Shown here: in pieces, positions 1 to 8,693 of the stretch
Layout: every line of letters begins with the position of its first letter
Position numbering within the stretch: the stretch's first letter is position 1
Origin: Vulcanimicrobiales bacterium
Lineage (GTDB): Bacteria > Vulcanimicrobiota > Vulcanimicrobiia > Vulcanimicrobiales > Vulcanimicrobiaceae
Reading direction: 5' to 3'
Assembly: GCA_038231455.1 (NCBI GenBank)
Contig: JBBRLI010000003.1
Coordinates: 64,001-128,000, forward strand
DNA length: 64,000 nucleotides
Translations under genes and position numbers: made by a program
Notes under the pieces: model-generated
Told to the model about the DNA's origin: nothing
What the model saw: only the letters and a program-made list of their open reading frames with translations
Databases searched by the model: none

Positions 1-2
1 AC

Positions 3-1112
3 GACGAGCGCGAACAGACGCTCAACCAGCTGCTCGTCGAGATGGACGGATTCGATCAGAATACCGGCGTCATCTTGATCGCCGCGACCAACCGTCCCGA
101 TGTGCTCGATCCCGCGCTCTTACGCCCCGGCCGCTTTGACCGACAGATCGTCGTCGACCGCGCAGATGTCAAAGGCCGCTCGGCGATTCTCGCCGTGCAT
201 TCCAAGAACAAGCCGCTCTCCAAAGACATCTCACTCGACGTCCTTGCGAAACGCACGCCGGGATTCTCGGGTGCGGACCTTGAGAACTTGCTCAACGAAG
301 CCGCGCTTCTTGCCGCGCGACGCAACAAGTCGGTCATCGAGATGAACGATTGCGAAGAAGCGATCGACCGCGTCGTTGCAGGGCCCGAACGTCGCTCGCT
401 TGTGATGTCGCAAAAAGAAAAAGAAAATACGGCCTATCACGAATCGGGTCACGCGATCGTCGGAGGCATGTTGCCCAACGCCGATCCGGTTCACAAGGTC
501 ACGATTATTCCGCGCGGTATGGCGCTCGGTATTACGTGGTCGATGCCCGATGAAGATCGCCACAGCCGCACCAAGAACGAATTGCTCGCACAGATCACGA
601 TGGCGCTCTCCGGTCGCATCGCCGAAGAGATCCAGTTCCAAGACGTGACCACGGGCGCTTCGAACGACTTCGAAAAAGCGACCGAACTGGCGCGCCGCAT
701 GGTGACGCAGTACGGCATGTCCGAGTCCCTCGGACCGATTCAATACGGACGCGGAAGCCATCAGGTGTTTCTCGGCCGCGACATCGGCGAAGATCGCAAC
801 TACTCCGAGGAAATCGCCTCAAAGATCGACGCCGAAGTGCGCCGCATCATCGAAGAGTGCTACGGCGACGCCAAAGCTATCCTAACCTCGAATTGGGATA
901 AGGTCGAACGCATGGTCGCAGCGCTCCTCGAACACGAGACGGTCGACACCGAAGAAGTCGGCGCGATCATCAACAATCGCCCGTATCCGGTTCCCAAGGA
1001 CGACGTCAAACCGGATTTGCCGGCGGCCGCCAGCATCGTGCACGAACCCGAAGCTTCGCGCGTCGAGAAACCCAAACGGCTTCCGCCCACCATCACGCCC
1101 GAGCCCGCCTAG
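3..1112 (+). CDS. ftsH: ATP-dependent zinc metalloprotease FtsH (5'-truncated by window edge)
   Basis: [23 protein letters not shown] motif [20 protein letters not shown], zinc motif HESGH, TGASNDF. Confidence 0.98.
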   Translation, partial: DEREQTLNQLLVEMDGFDQNTGVILIAATNRPDVLDPALLRPGRFDRQIVVDRADVKGRSAILAVHSKNKPLSKDISLDVLAKRTPGFSGADLENLLNEAALLAARRNKSVIEMNDCEEAIDRVVAGPERRSLVMSQKEKENTAYHESGHAIVGGMLPNADPVHKVTIIPRGMALGITWSMPDEDRHSRTKNELLAQITMALSGRIAEEIQFQDVTTGASNDFEKATELARRMVTQYGMSESLGPIQYGRGSHQVFLGRDIGEDRNYSEEIASKIDAEVRRIIEECYGDAKAILTSNWDKVERMVAALLEHETVDTEEVGAIINNRPYPVPKDDVKPDLPAAASIVHEPEASRVEKPKRLPPTITPEPA

Positions 1113-2437
1113 TGCTCTTGCGGATCACCAGGGTCGCGCTCGGCGCGGCCCTTTTTCTTTCATCGGGCCTCGGCGCCGTCGCGACCGAGCCGAACGGCGC
1201 CCAGCTCGAAGCCGGGCGACTCGGCCCACTCACCGGAAAATTGCCCGCCGGCGGCACGTACGTGGTGAGTCCGGCTCCAGCCCTACCGGTCGCGGCGATT
1301 GCGCTCTGGTTCCGCGCGCCGCAAACGGGCTTTGGGGCCACGGCGACCCCGGGCATCGCCAAGATCGCGGCGAGCGCGGTGACGGCTTCCATCCCAATCA
1401 CCGGATCAACGCTCGGGCAGCTGGTGAATCGCGCCGGCGGCCGAATCGGGATTGCGACGTACCCCAATAGCGTTTCGGTATCCGCCATCGTCCCTGCGGC
1501 GGCGGCGGCGCAGATCGTGCGCGCGATGACCGCGTCGTTCTTCACGCCCGTAGTCACGCAGGCGGGCTTGAAAATCGCGCAACGCGACGTATCGAACGAA
1601 GCGCGGATCCATCTCTTCGCGGTCGACGATCAGCTCCAGGATGCGCTGCAAGCGCAACTTTTCAGCGCCGGCCCCGCAAAGTATCCGGCGCTGCCTACGG
1701 CTACGGCCGTCGGCGACTTTACGCTCGAGGCGGTTAAGGCGTTTGCGACGCGCGCGTTTCGTCCGCAAAATGCCGTGCTCGTCGTGACGGGTGCCATCGA
1801 TGCGCACATCGTCGATGCCGCTGTCCCCGGACGCACCGAAGGCGCAGTGCAAGAGCCGGCGCTAACCGAAACGCTTGCAGCTACGCCCGGTCCGTTCGAG
1901 CAAGCGGCGAGTTCGGCGGGCTACGGGTATGCCTGGAGCGGTCCCGCGATCAGCGCCGACCGCGAGGCAACGGCACTTGATTTCGTGGCGGATTATCTGT
2001 TCCGGCCCGATACCGGCACGCTCGCGCGCAAATTCGCGAGCGGCCCCGCGTCGGTCAACGGAAAGTTCGTCACCTATCACGACCCCGGTGTGTTTCTCGT
2101 CACGCTGAGCGGCGGCGATATGAACGCGACGCGCGCCATCGTGAGCGACGCCATTCTCGCGCTGAAGAAGCCGCTCGATGCGTCGGCTTTCGCACGTGCT
2201 CGCGATGCGTTCGTCTATCATATACGCAGCGATCTGCAAACGCCCTCGGAACTCGCCGACACCTTTGGTTGGTACGCGGTCGAAGGCAATCCGGATTACG
2301 CTCCCGGTGCGGGCGGCTTCAACGGTACGTACTTTCGCGACGCGCGCGAACTTACGCCCGATTTCGTTGCAGCGACCGTGAGCAAGTATTTAGGCGCGAT
2401 CTCTGCGACCGTTACGTTCAGTCGGAAGAAGCCATGA
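1112..2437 (+). CDS. Secreted peptidase M16 (insulinase)-like protein, HXXEH absent
   Basis: Signal-peptide-like N-terminus; M16 features FRPQNAVLVVTG and DPGVFLV; GIAKIAAS where GIAHFLEH is expected; GTG overlaps ftsH TAG. Confidence 0.75.
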   Translation: MLLRITRVALGAALFLSSGLGAVATEPNGAQLEAGRLGPLTGKLPAGGTYVVSPAPALPVAAIALWFRAPQTGFGATATPGIAKIAASAVTASIPITGSTLGQLVNRAGGRIGIATYPNSVSVSAIVPAAAAAQIVRAMTASFFTPVVTQAGLKIAQRDVSNEARIHLFAVDDQLQDALQAQLFSAGPAKYPALPTATAVGDFTLEAVKAFATRAFRPQNAVLVVTGAIDAHIVDAAVPGRTEGAVQEPALTETLAATPGPFEQAASSAGYGYAWSGPAISADREATALDFVADYLFRPDTGTLARKFASGPASVNGKFVTYHDPGVFLVTLSGGDMNATRAIVSDAILALKKPLDASAFARARDAFVYHIRSDLQTPSELADTFGWYAVEGNPDYAPGAGGFNGTYFRDARELTPDFVAATVSKYLGAISATVTFSRKKP

Positions 2438-3744
2438 TGCGATTCCTTACCACTGCCGCACTCGTGCTCGCCGGGACGACGGCGCTTGCAAGCCCACTGT
2501 ACCCGACGACGCGCACGATCGATCTTGGCGCCGCGAAACTCTATAGCCAGTACGACGATGCCGTCAGCGTCGCGGGCGTGCAAGTGTTCGTACCCGCAGG
2601 ACTCGAGCGGCAGACGACCGCTCAGAACGGGATCGCCGCGCTCACAGCGCAGAGCGTGCTGCAACTTCCCGTCGACGGCGTCCCGCTTCGCGATGCGATC
2701 GCCGCGCGTGGAGGGTCGCTCACGTATGCAATCGGCATGCAGTACACGCGCTTTTATCTTGAAGCGAGTGCCGATGTGCTACCGGACGTCCTGGCACTCG
2801 TCGGAAAAGCACTCTCGATGCCGACATTCACCAATGCCGCCGTCGCGCCCGCGCGGGCGGAACTGCTCGGCCGGATCGCCGACGACGCGCGAAATCCCGT
2901 TTCCGTCGGCATCGACATGCTGCGCTCGTCGTACTACATCGGGAGCGCGAACTTGCCGACGTACGGCAATGCGGGTAACGTTGCCAACCTCACCTCGGCC
3001 GACGTCGCGGCGTTTTACGCCGCGAACTATCGTCGCACGGGAACGGTCGTCTCCGCGGTCGGCGCGCTCGGCGATGCGATAACGAATGGCACCTCGGCGA
3101 TCGTCGCTGCGTTGCCCGATGGTCCGACTCCCGCCCTCACGATCAAAACGAAGCCGCTTGCGGCGGCGCCGCGCCGCATCGTTGCACACCGCGATTTCGG
3201 CGTGCCGTGGCTCGTGCTCGGGTTTGCAGCGCCGTCGGCGGGAGATCGTGATTTTGGCGCGATGCTCGTGTTGCAAGCACTGATCGGTGACGTTTTTGAC
3301 CGTGGCTCGGCGACGACGATCCCGGCGCTCGAACGGCCGATCGGTTCGGTCTACTCGTACGATTCCAAACCCGCCACCATCTCGCTCTACATCAACGGCG
3401 CTCAGATCGATCCATCGATCGGCTTGCGCGGCGTCGATGCCATCCTCAAATCGCTCGCACAGAAGCCGCTGAACAAGACGATCGTCGCGCGCTATAAAGC
3501 AACGGCGCGTGGAGCGTTTCTCACCGATGCAATCACCCTGGACGATCGCAGCTGGCGGATCGGTAATTTCGTCGAACATGGCCTGAGCCCGGATTATGCC
3601 GAGGCAGCACTGGCAGCGCTTGCGATGACGACGCCCGGCGACGTGCAGCGCATTGCGAAAACCTACATGCAGCGCTACACGATCGCGGTGATTCTGCCGC
3701 GCGAGGCGGCGCCTGCCGCAGCCAAGCCGGCCGCCTCGCGCTGA
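2434..3744 (+). CDS. Secreted peptidase M16-like partner subunit, non-catalytic
   Basis: ATGA overlap with previous gene; signal peptide; NGIAALTA, LTSADVAAFYAANY, TPGDVQRIAKTY typical of M16. Confidence 0.75.
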   Translation: MMRFLTTAALVLAGTTALASPLYPTTRTIDLGAAKLYSQYDDAVSVAGVQVFVPAGLERQTTAQNGIAALTAQSVLQLPVDGVPLRDAIAARGGSLTYAIGMQYTRFYLEASADVLPDVLALVGKALSMPTFTNAAVAPARAELLGRIADDARNPVSVGIDMLRSSYYIGSANLPTYGNAGNVANLTSADVAAFYAANYRRTGTVVSAVGALGDAITNGTSAIVAALPDGPTPALTIKTKPLAAAPRRIVAHRDFGVPWLVLGFAAPSAGDRDFGAMLVLQALIGDVFDRGSATTIPALERPIGSVYSYDSKPATISLYINGAQIDPSIGLRGVDAILKSLAQKPLNKTIVARYKATARGAFLTDAITLDDRSWRIGNFVEHGLSPDYAEAALAALAMTTPGDVQRIAKTYMQRYTIAVILPREAAPAAAKPAASR

Positions 3745-4820
3745 ACGTCGCGCTCGTTCACGACTACCTCAACCAGCGCGGCGGTGCGGAGCGTGTTTTT
3801 ACGCGCATCGCCGCGGCGTATCCGGACGCGCCGATCTATACCTCGCTCTTCGATTCCCGTTTGCTCGGCGATTGGTTCGACCCAGCGCGCGTCCACACGT
3901 CGTTTTTGCAGCGATTTCCCGCGGCAAATCGGTATTTTCGAGCGCTCGCTCCGCTCTATCCGCGCGCCTTTGAAGCCTTCGATTTGCGCGCCTACGATAC
4001 GATCGTGAGCTCGACGACCGCGTGGGCCAAAGGGGTCATCGTTCGGCCCGGCGCGCTGCATGTGTGTTACATCAATACCGTCAGCCGCTTTGCGTTCGAC
4101 TACGAACGCTACGTTGGGGGCTTCGGCATCGGCGCGGTCGCGCGTCCGATGATCGACGGCCTCGTGCGTTGGGACAAGCGCGCTGCCGCGCGACCGACAC
4201 TCTTCGTTGCAAACTCAAACAACGTCGCGGCGCGCGTGCGCGAATATTACGGCCGCGATTCGCGCGTGCTGCCTTGTCCCGTGGATGTCGATCGCTTCAC
4301 CGTGGGTGCCGGCGATGGTGACTACGCAATCGTGATCTCCCGACTCTTACCGTATAAAAAAATCGACCGCGCAATTGCGGGTGCGGCGCTGGCGGGAATC
4401 CCGCTGCGCGTGCTTGGTACGGGTCCGGCAGAAGCATCGCTACGCGAACTTGCGCGCGGAACGCAAACGACGTTCTACGGCTATCTGAGCGACGCCGAGC
4501 GCAATGCGATGCTCGGCGCCGCGCGCTTTGCGATTCTGCCGGGTGAAGAAGATTTCGGACTCGTGCCGCTCGAGGCCGCAGCGGCGGGGCGACCGACGGT
4601 TGCGTTCGGCCGCGGCGGGGCGCTCGAGACGATCGTTAGCGGCGTAACCGGAACGTTCTTTGCCGAACCCACCGCGGAGTCGCTTGCGGCGGTTTTGAGC
4701 GCGTTCGATCCAGCGGCGTACGATCCCCAGACGCTACGGGCGCACGCGCAAACATTTGCGCCGGACCGCTTTATCGAACGCTTACGCGCGATCGTCAGCG
4801 AGGCGCGCGAGCTCGTCTAG
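3741..4820 (+). CDS. GT4 glycosyltransferase (WbaZ-like mannosyltransferase); probable CTG start
   Basis: In-frame LNVALVHDYLNQRGGAERV upstream of the ORF-track start; EEDFGLVPLEAAAAGRP motif. Confidence 0.9.
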   Translation: MNVALVHDYLNQRGGAERVFTRIAAAYPDAPIYTSLFDSRLLGDWFDPARVHTSFLQRFPAANRYFRALAPLYPRAFEAFDLRAYDTIVSSTTAWAKGVIVRPGALHVCYINTVSRFAFDYERYVGGFGIGAVARPMIDGLVRWDKRAAARPTLFVANSNNVAARVREYYGRDSRVLPCPVDVDRFTVGAGDGDYAIVISRLLPYKKIDRAIAGAALAGIPLRVLGTGPAEASLRELARGTQTTFYGYLSDAERNAMLGAARFAILPGEEDFGLVPLEAAAAGRPTVAFGRGGALETIVSGVTGTFFAEPTAESLAAVLSAFDPAAYDPQTLRAHAQTFAPDRFIERLRAIVSEARELV

Positions 4821-5816
4821 GGTCGCAAGCGCCGCGCCATCTCGCGTGGAAAACCCCCATCGGTGCTCGCTTTTTGCGGCTAGCCACGAGCGCAGCGGCT
4901 CGTCTCGAACGACCGATCGTAACGCCGATGCCCACGCCGTGCGATCGGTCGGGTCGACGAGCAAACCCGCATCGCCGACGGCTTCCGGGAGGGCCGTCGT
5001 GTTCGCTGCGACCACGGCGGCGCCGCACGCCTGTGCCTCGACCGCAACGAGCCCGAAACCCTCGGCAAGCGATGGAATCGCAACCGCCGTCGCCGTGCGA
5101 TAGAGCGTCCGCAGTTCGCTATCCGTCGGTGCGATGCGCACGAGCGGCACGCGTTTGCGTTTGGCGCGCTTCTCCGCGCGCGGGTCGAGTGCACCCGCGA
5201 TGACGAGTCGCACGTCGCGTTTTGGAAACGCGCGGGCAAACGCATCGATCAACAATGGCGCGTTCTTGCGCTTTTCACCCATCCCGACTGCTAGCACGAA
5301 TGGCGGTTCGACCGGCGCGTCTTCGTAACCGGGAAAGAAGAATCGGTTTGGCGCGTGCGGGATAGCGACCACGCGCTGCGGATCGACGCGGAAGAATTCG
5401 ATGACGCGCTCGCGCGTGTACCCGGAATTTGTCGCGATGCGCGTCGCAACGCGCGCGGCCTTGCGAATGGGGCCTTGCTCGCGCCTGCGCCCGATGAATC
5501 CGCGCGCGGGATATTCGAATGCGAAGAGATCGTGGATCGTGACGAGGGTGGGCGCGCGGCTCGGGAAACGGACGCCGTTCCAGGGATACCAGACCACATC
5601 GTAACGGTTGCGACGCTTTGCGCTTGCAAGATCCGCCAGTGCGAAACGGTCGGATGCGAGTATGTCGCGATAGGCTTGCGTGCGCTCGCGCCGGACCAGC
5701 AGCGTGAGGGCGATATCATCGCGCTCGAGTGCCTGGGTAAGCACGGAGAGCGCGAAACGGCCCATACCGCGCCGGTCCGCGAGTAGATTGATGGCATCGA
5801 CGGCGAGGCGGATCAC
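4782..5816 (-). CDS. GT4 glycosyltransferase (MtfB-like)
   Basis: GMGRF, VTIHDL, EKRKN, PSLAEGFGLVAVEAQACG. Confidence 0.92.
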   Translation of the reverse strand: MIRLAVDAINLLADRRGMGRFALSVLTQALERDDIALTLLVRRERTQAYRDILASDRFALADLASAKRRNRYDVVWYPWNGVRFPSRAPTLVTIHDLFAFEYPARGFIGRRREQGPIRKAARVATRIATNSGYTRERVIEFFRVDPQRVVAIPHAPNRFFFPGYEDAPVEPPFVLAVGMGEKRKNAPLLIDAFARAFPKRDVRLVIAGALDPRAEKRAKRKRVPLVRIAPTDSELRTLYRTATAVAIPSLAEGFGLVAVEAQACGAAVVAANTTALPEAVGDAGLLVDPTDRTAWASALRSVVRDEPLRSWLAAKSEHRWGFSTRDGAALATLDELARLADDRA

Positions 5817-6577
5817 GGATGTTTCGTAGCGGCGGTCGCAAGATAGAGCGAGAGGCTCAAGAAATTGAACGTTCCGTGGGTGAGCATCGATGTCACAAGC
5901 GATCCCGTTTGATAGTAAATCCTTGCAAGAATCACGCCGGTCACCGCAAGCGGTAAGAAGCTCGTCGGATCTTCAAAGTGGGCGGCAGCGAAGATGAGAC
6001 CGCTGATAACGATTGCGCCCCAAACCGGTACGTAGCGCAGCACCGCGTTGAAGAGAAAACCGCGAAACATGAGTTCTTCGACGACCGGCCCGTAGATGAC
6101 GGCCACGAGTGCCGTCGTGATCAACCAGCCGCGCGGTTCGGTTTTGCTAAAAAAGCTGATGACGTTTTCGTGAACGTTGAAATGAAATAGGGACTGTTCG
6201 ATCGCACCGACCACCGCCGTCGACGCCAACATCACGATCGCGCCGATTAGCGCGTAGCCGAGATCGCGAAATCGAATCGGGTGCAGACCGAGTTCGCCGA
6301 GCGTTCTGTTGGCAATGCGCGGCAGCGCGAAAAGCAGCAGCACGACTAGCGGCAATTCGATGAATACCGTTGCAATGAACGTCCACTCCGACGGCGCGGT
6401 TTTCGTCCCAAGCGGAAGATGGAGCGCACGGAAGACCGTCCCGACCCCGAAACCGGCGATCAAAAATGTCGCGACCACCGCCGCGAGAAGCGCGAGCGAC
6501 CGGGTAATGGAAAAGCTGCTAGCCGGCCAATTCGTCGGCGAGAGCGGCGAAGGTGGCGAGGTCGAGGTTTTCCCCAC
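5813..6577 (-). CDS. CPBP/CAAX (Abi) family intramembrane metalloprotease
   Basis: EELMFRGFL, FAAAH, HGTFN motifs; several TM helices; GTG at 6577 preceded by GGAG chosen as start. Confidence 0.88.
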   Translation of the reverse strand: MGKTSTSPPSPLSPTNWPASSFSITRSLALLAAVVATFLIAGFGVGTVFRALHLPLGTKTAPSEWTFIATVFIELPLVVLLLFALPRIANRTLGELGLHPIRFRDLGYALIGAIVMLASTAVVGAIEQSLFHFNVHENVISFFSKTEPRGWLITTALVAVIYGPVVEELMFRGFLFNAVLRYVPVWGAIVISGLIFAAAHFEDPTSFLPLAVTGVILARIYYQTGSLVTSMLTHGTFNFLSLSLYLATAATKHP

Positions 6578-7343
6578 GGATCTCCGGATCGATAGCGAGT
6601 GATGTAAGTGCGGCGACGGTGCGCTCGCGTGGAATGGCGAGCGCCAAGAGTAACGAGTTCGCCAGTGTCTTGCGGCGGTACGCGAATGCGGCGCGCACGA
6701 CCTCTTCAAAATACTTTGGATCGCGCGTCGCTACGGGCGGCGTTTCGTGTCGATGCAGCACGACGACCGCTGAGACGACACCGGGGCGCGGGTAGAACTG
6801 CGAGGGCGACACGACGAGTGCGCGTTCCACACGCGCGCGGTAGTTGACGGCAACCGAAAGGCTGCCGTAGGCGGCTGTCCCCGCTTTTGCGGTGAGGCGA
6901 TCGGCGACGTCGCGCTGGATCATCGCGATCACGCGCTCAGGCGGATGTTCGAGTGCGAGCAGTTTGAGCATCAATGGCGTTGCGATGTTGTACGGCAAAT
7001 TGCCGGCGGCGATCCACGGTCCGCGCGCACCGAACGATTCGTAGTCGTACGCGAGCGCGTCGCCTTCATCGATCCTCACGCGCGCGAGATCCTCGCGCGA
7101 ACGTAAGATTGCTACCATCTCGGGATCGACGTCGAACGCCGTTACATCGGCGCCCGTACGTTCGAGTGCAATCGTGAGCGCCCCGGTCCCGGCACCGATT
7201 TCCAAGACCCGTTCGTCACCTCGGGGCGCGGCAAGTTTAGCGATCTTCGTGGAGACCGCTCCATCCATGAGAAAATTTTGTCCGAGACGTTTCTTCGGCC
7301 GGAGGCCCGCTGCGTTGAGCAGCGCGCGCGGATGACTATCTAT
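6519..7343 (-). CDS. rsmA: 16S rRNA m6,2A1518/1519 dimethyltransferase RsmA/KsgA; start probably non-canonical (ATA)
   Basis: PKKRLGQNFL upstream of first ATG, VLEIGAGTGALT, GNLPYNIATP, FYPRPGVVSAVV, AFAYRRKTLAN. Confidence 0.95.
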   Translation of the reverse strand: MDSHPRALLNAAGLRPKKRLGQNFLMDGAVSTKIAKLAAPRGDERVLEIGAGTGALTIALERTGADVTAFDVDPEMVAILRSREDLARVRIDEGDALAYDYESFGARGPWIAAGNLPYNIATPLMLKLLALEHPPERVIAMIQRDVADRLTAKAGTAAYGSLSVAVNYRARVERALVVSPSQFYPRPGVVSAVVVLHRHETPPVATRDPKYFEEVVRAAFAYRRKTLANSLLLALAIPRERTVAALTSLAIDPEIRGENLDLATFAALADELAG

Positions 7344-8422
7344 TTGAGAACGTACACACGAATCGCGCGGCGCCCAAAGACGATCGCGTCGCTATTAGAT
7401 TCGAAGCCGAGGTCGATGCGGTTGCCGATGATCGCGCCGCCCGTGTCGCCGGCGATCGCGTGTCCGTAACCCGGAATATAGAGGTGCGAGCCGAGGCGAA
7501 TAACGTGCGGATCGACGGCGACGATGCCGTGTCCGGCGCGCATGCCCAGCGCCGCGCGCCCGCTGCAACCGTAGCAATTCGCCGTATACGCGGTTGCGAC
7601 CATCGAGAGTGCGGCGGTTGCCAGACGAATCGTTCCGTCCATACCGCGTTTTGCAATCGACGAGCTCGATTCGAATTCGCTAATGCCTTCGGCTACAACG
7701 CTTTCGCGCGCCGGGCGCACGATGCGCGAGGCAACGATACGTTTGTGCGGTTGCGCGGCATCGGCATCTTGCGCGAACGCATACGTCACTTCGCGCACAC
7801 CGGGAACGCCAGCTTTGATGACCTTATGTTGACCGGGTCGAATTCCAAATGCATAAACGAGTTTGGTCGTCGGCGCGAGCACCAGGCGCACGCGCTCTTG
7901 CCATGCAAGGCGACGCGTTACACGAATGAGAGCATCCTGTGCAAATGCCGTGTCGCGTGTCGGAAAAACTTTGTCGCGTGTGGAGAGCTTCACGCCCGCC
8001 TCGTCGAGAACTTCGCCAACCGTACGCGCAGCGGTACGAATCGTGCGACGTTCGTCATCGACGATGAGCGTCACCGGAACGGCTGCGCGGAACTCGACGG
8101 TCGCGCCATCACTCAGGAAGGAGGCAGCATCCGGAGTGAGGCGATCTTCGAGCGCCGGTGCGATTCCACGTTCGATCAAGAGATCGGCGATGGTCGCGGC
8201 GCGCGTTTCGACGGTAGTCGTCACGCCGTTTTCGATGAGCGTAATACGTTTTTGCTGCCGTGAGTCGTCGGCCGCTGCAGGGGCCGAGGCCACGCTTGCA
8301 ACGACCGTGTGTGCGAGAGCCGCACTGCGATCGGCAAAAAACGTGCCAGCGCCAAATGGAATGAGAAGGCCGAGTGAGAGAACGCCGGTTGCCGCAAACG
8401 GCTTACGTGAGTCGCGTCCGAT
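7340..8422 (-). CDS. YabE/RpfB-like cell-wall protein: TM anchor, DUF348 repeats, G5 and 3D domains
   Basis: ATAYT...VAVDPHVIRLGS...AGDTGGAIIGNRIDL (3D domain); TIADLL/TVGEVL repeats; upstream of rsmA as in Firmicutes/Actinobacteria; start set at ATC 7 nt after AGGAG (alternative ATG 8452). Confidence 0.88.
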   Translation of the reverse strand: MGRDSRKPFAATGVLSLGLLIPFGAGTFFADRSAALAHTVVASVASAPAAADDSRQQKRITLIENGVTTTVETRAATIADLLIERGIAPALEDRLTPDAASFLSDGATVEFRAAVPVTLIVDDERRTIRTAARTVGEVLDEAGVKLSTRDKVFPTRDTAFAQDALIRVTRRLAWQERVRLVLAPTTKLVYAFGIRPGQHKVIKAGVPGVREVTYAFAQDADAAQPHKRIVASRIVRPARESVVAEGISEFESSSSIAKRGMDGTIRLATAALSMVATAYTANCYGCSGRAALGMRAGHGIVAVDPHVIRLGSHLYIPGYGHAIAGDTGGAIIGNRIDLGFESNSDAIVFGRRAIRVYVLK

Positions 8423-8625
8423 AACCCAACTCCTTTCTTGACGGAACGGCATGTCGTACAGCGCGATATGCATGGCAGATCGTGTATGCGACTGACGTTC
8501 GCTAGAGGTGGTTGTGCAAGCTTCCTGACCAGGCAGCTCACGGGTGGACTCGCGGCACGGATGCAAGGCGAATCCGGTGGATAGAGTAGCCCACCACGCA
8601 GCTTTCGGCCGGGCGGGACTGGGTG

Positions 8626-8655
8626 ACGATAGCACAGCCAAGTGATCCGCGTCAA
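8626..8655 (-). promoter_or_regulatory. Sigma70-type promoter for yabE-like/rsmA operon
   Basis: Minus strand TTGACG-18 nt-TATCGT with extended -10 TG. Confidence 0.6.
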
Positions 8656-8693
8656 ATTCTTGTGCCGCATAGGCCCGAAAGTCCTAACCGCCA

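Noticed and set aside
6533-6709. Non-canonical or far-upstream start for the CAAX protease
   Set aside because: In-frame GTG at 6577 with GGAG explains it
8490-8620. SRP RNA, 6S RNA or canonical c-di-AMP riboswitch call
   Set aside because: GGTCAGGAAGC lacks the SRP CAGG-CC-GNRA-GG-AGCAGC core; no long 6S-like rod; the 5' half of the ydaO consensus is missing. Kept only as an unclassified leader
8423-8641. ORF-track N-terminal extension of the 3D-domain gene from TTG 8641
   Set aside because: TTG lies within the predicted promoter, the extension looks non-protein-like, and a strong SD lies downstream
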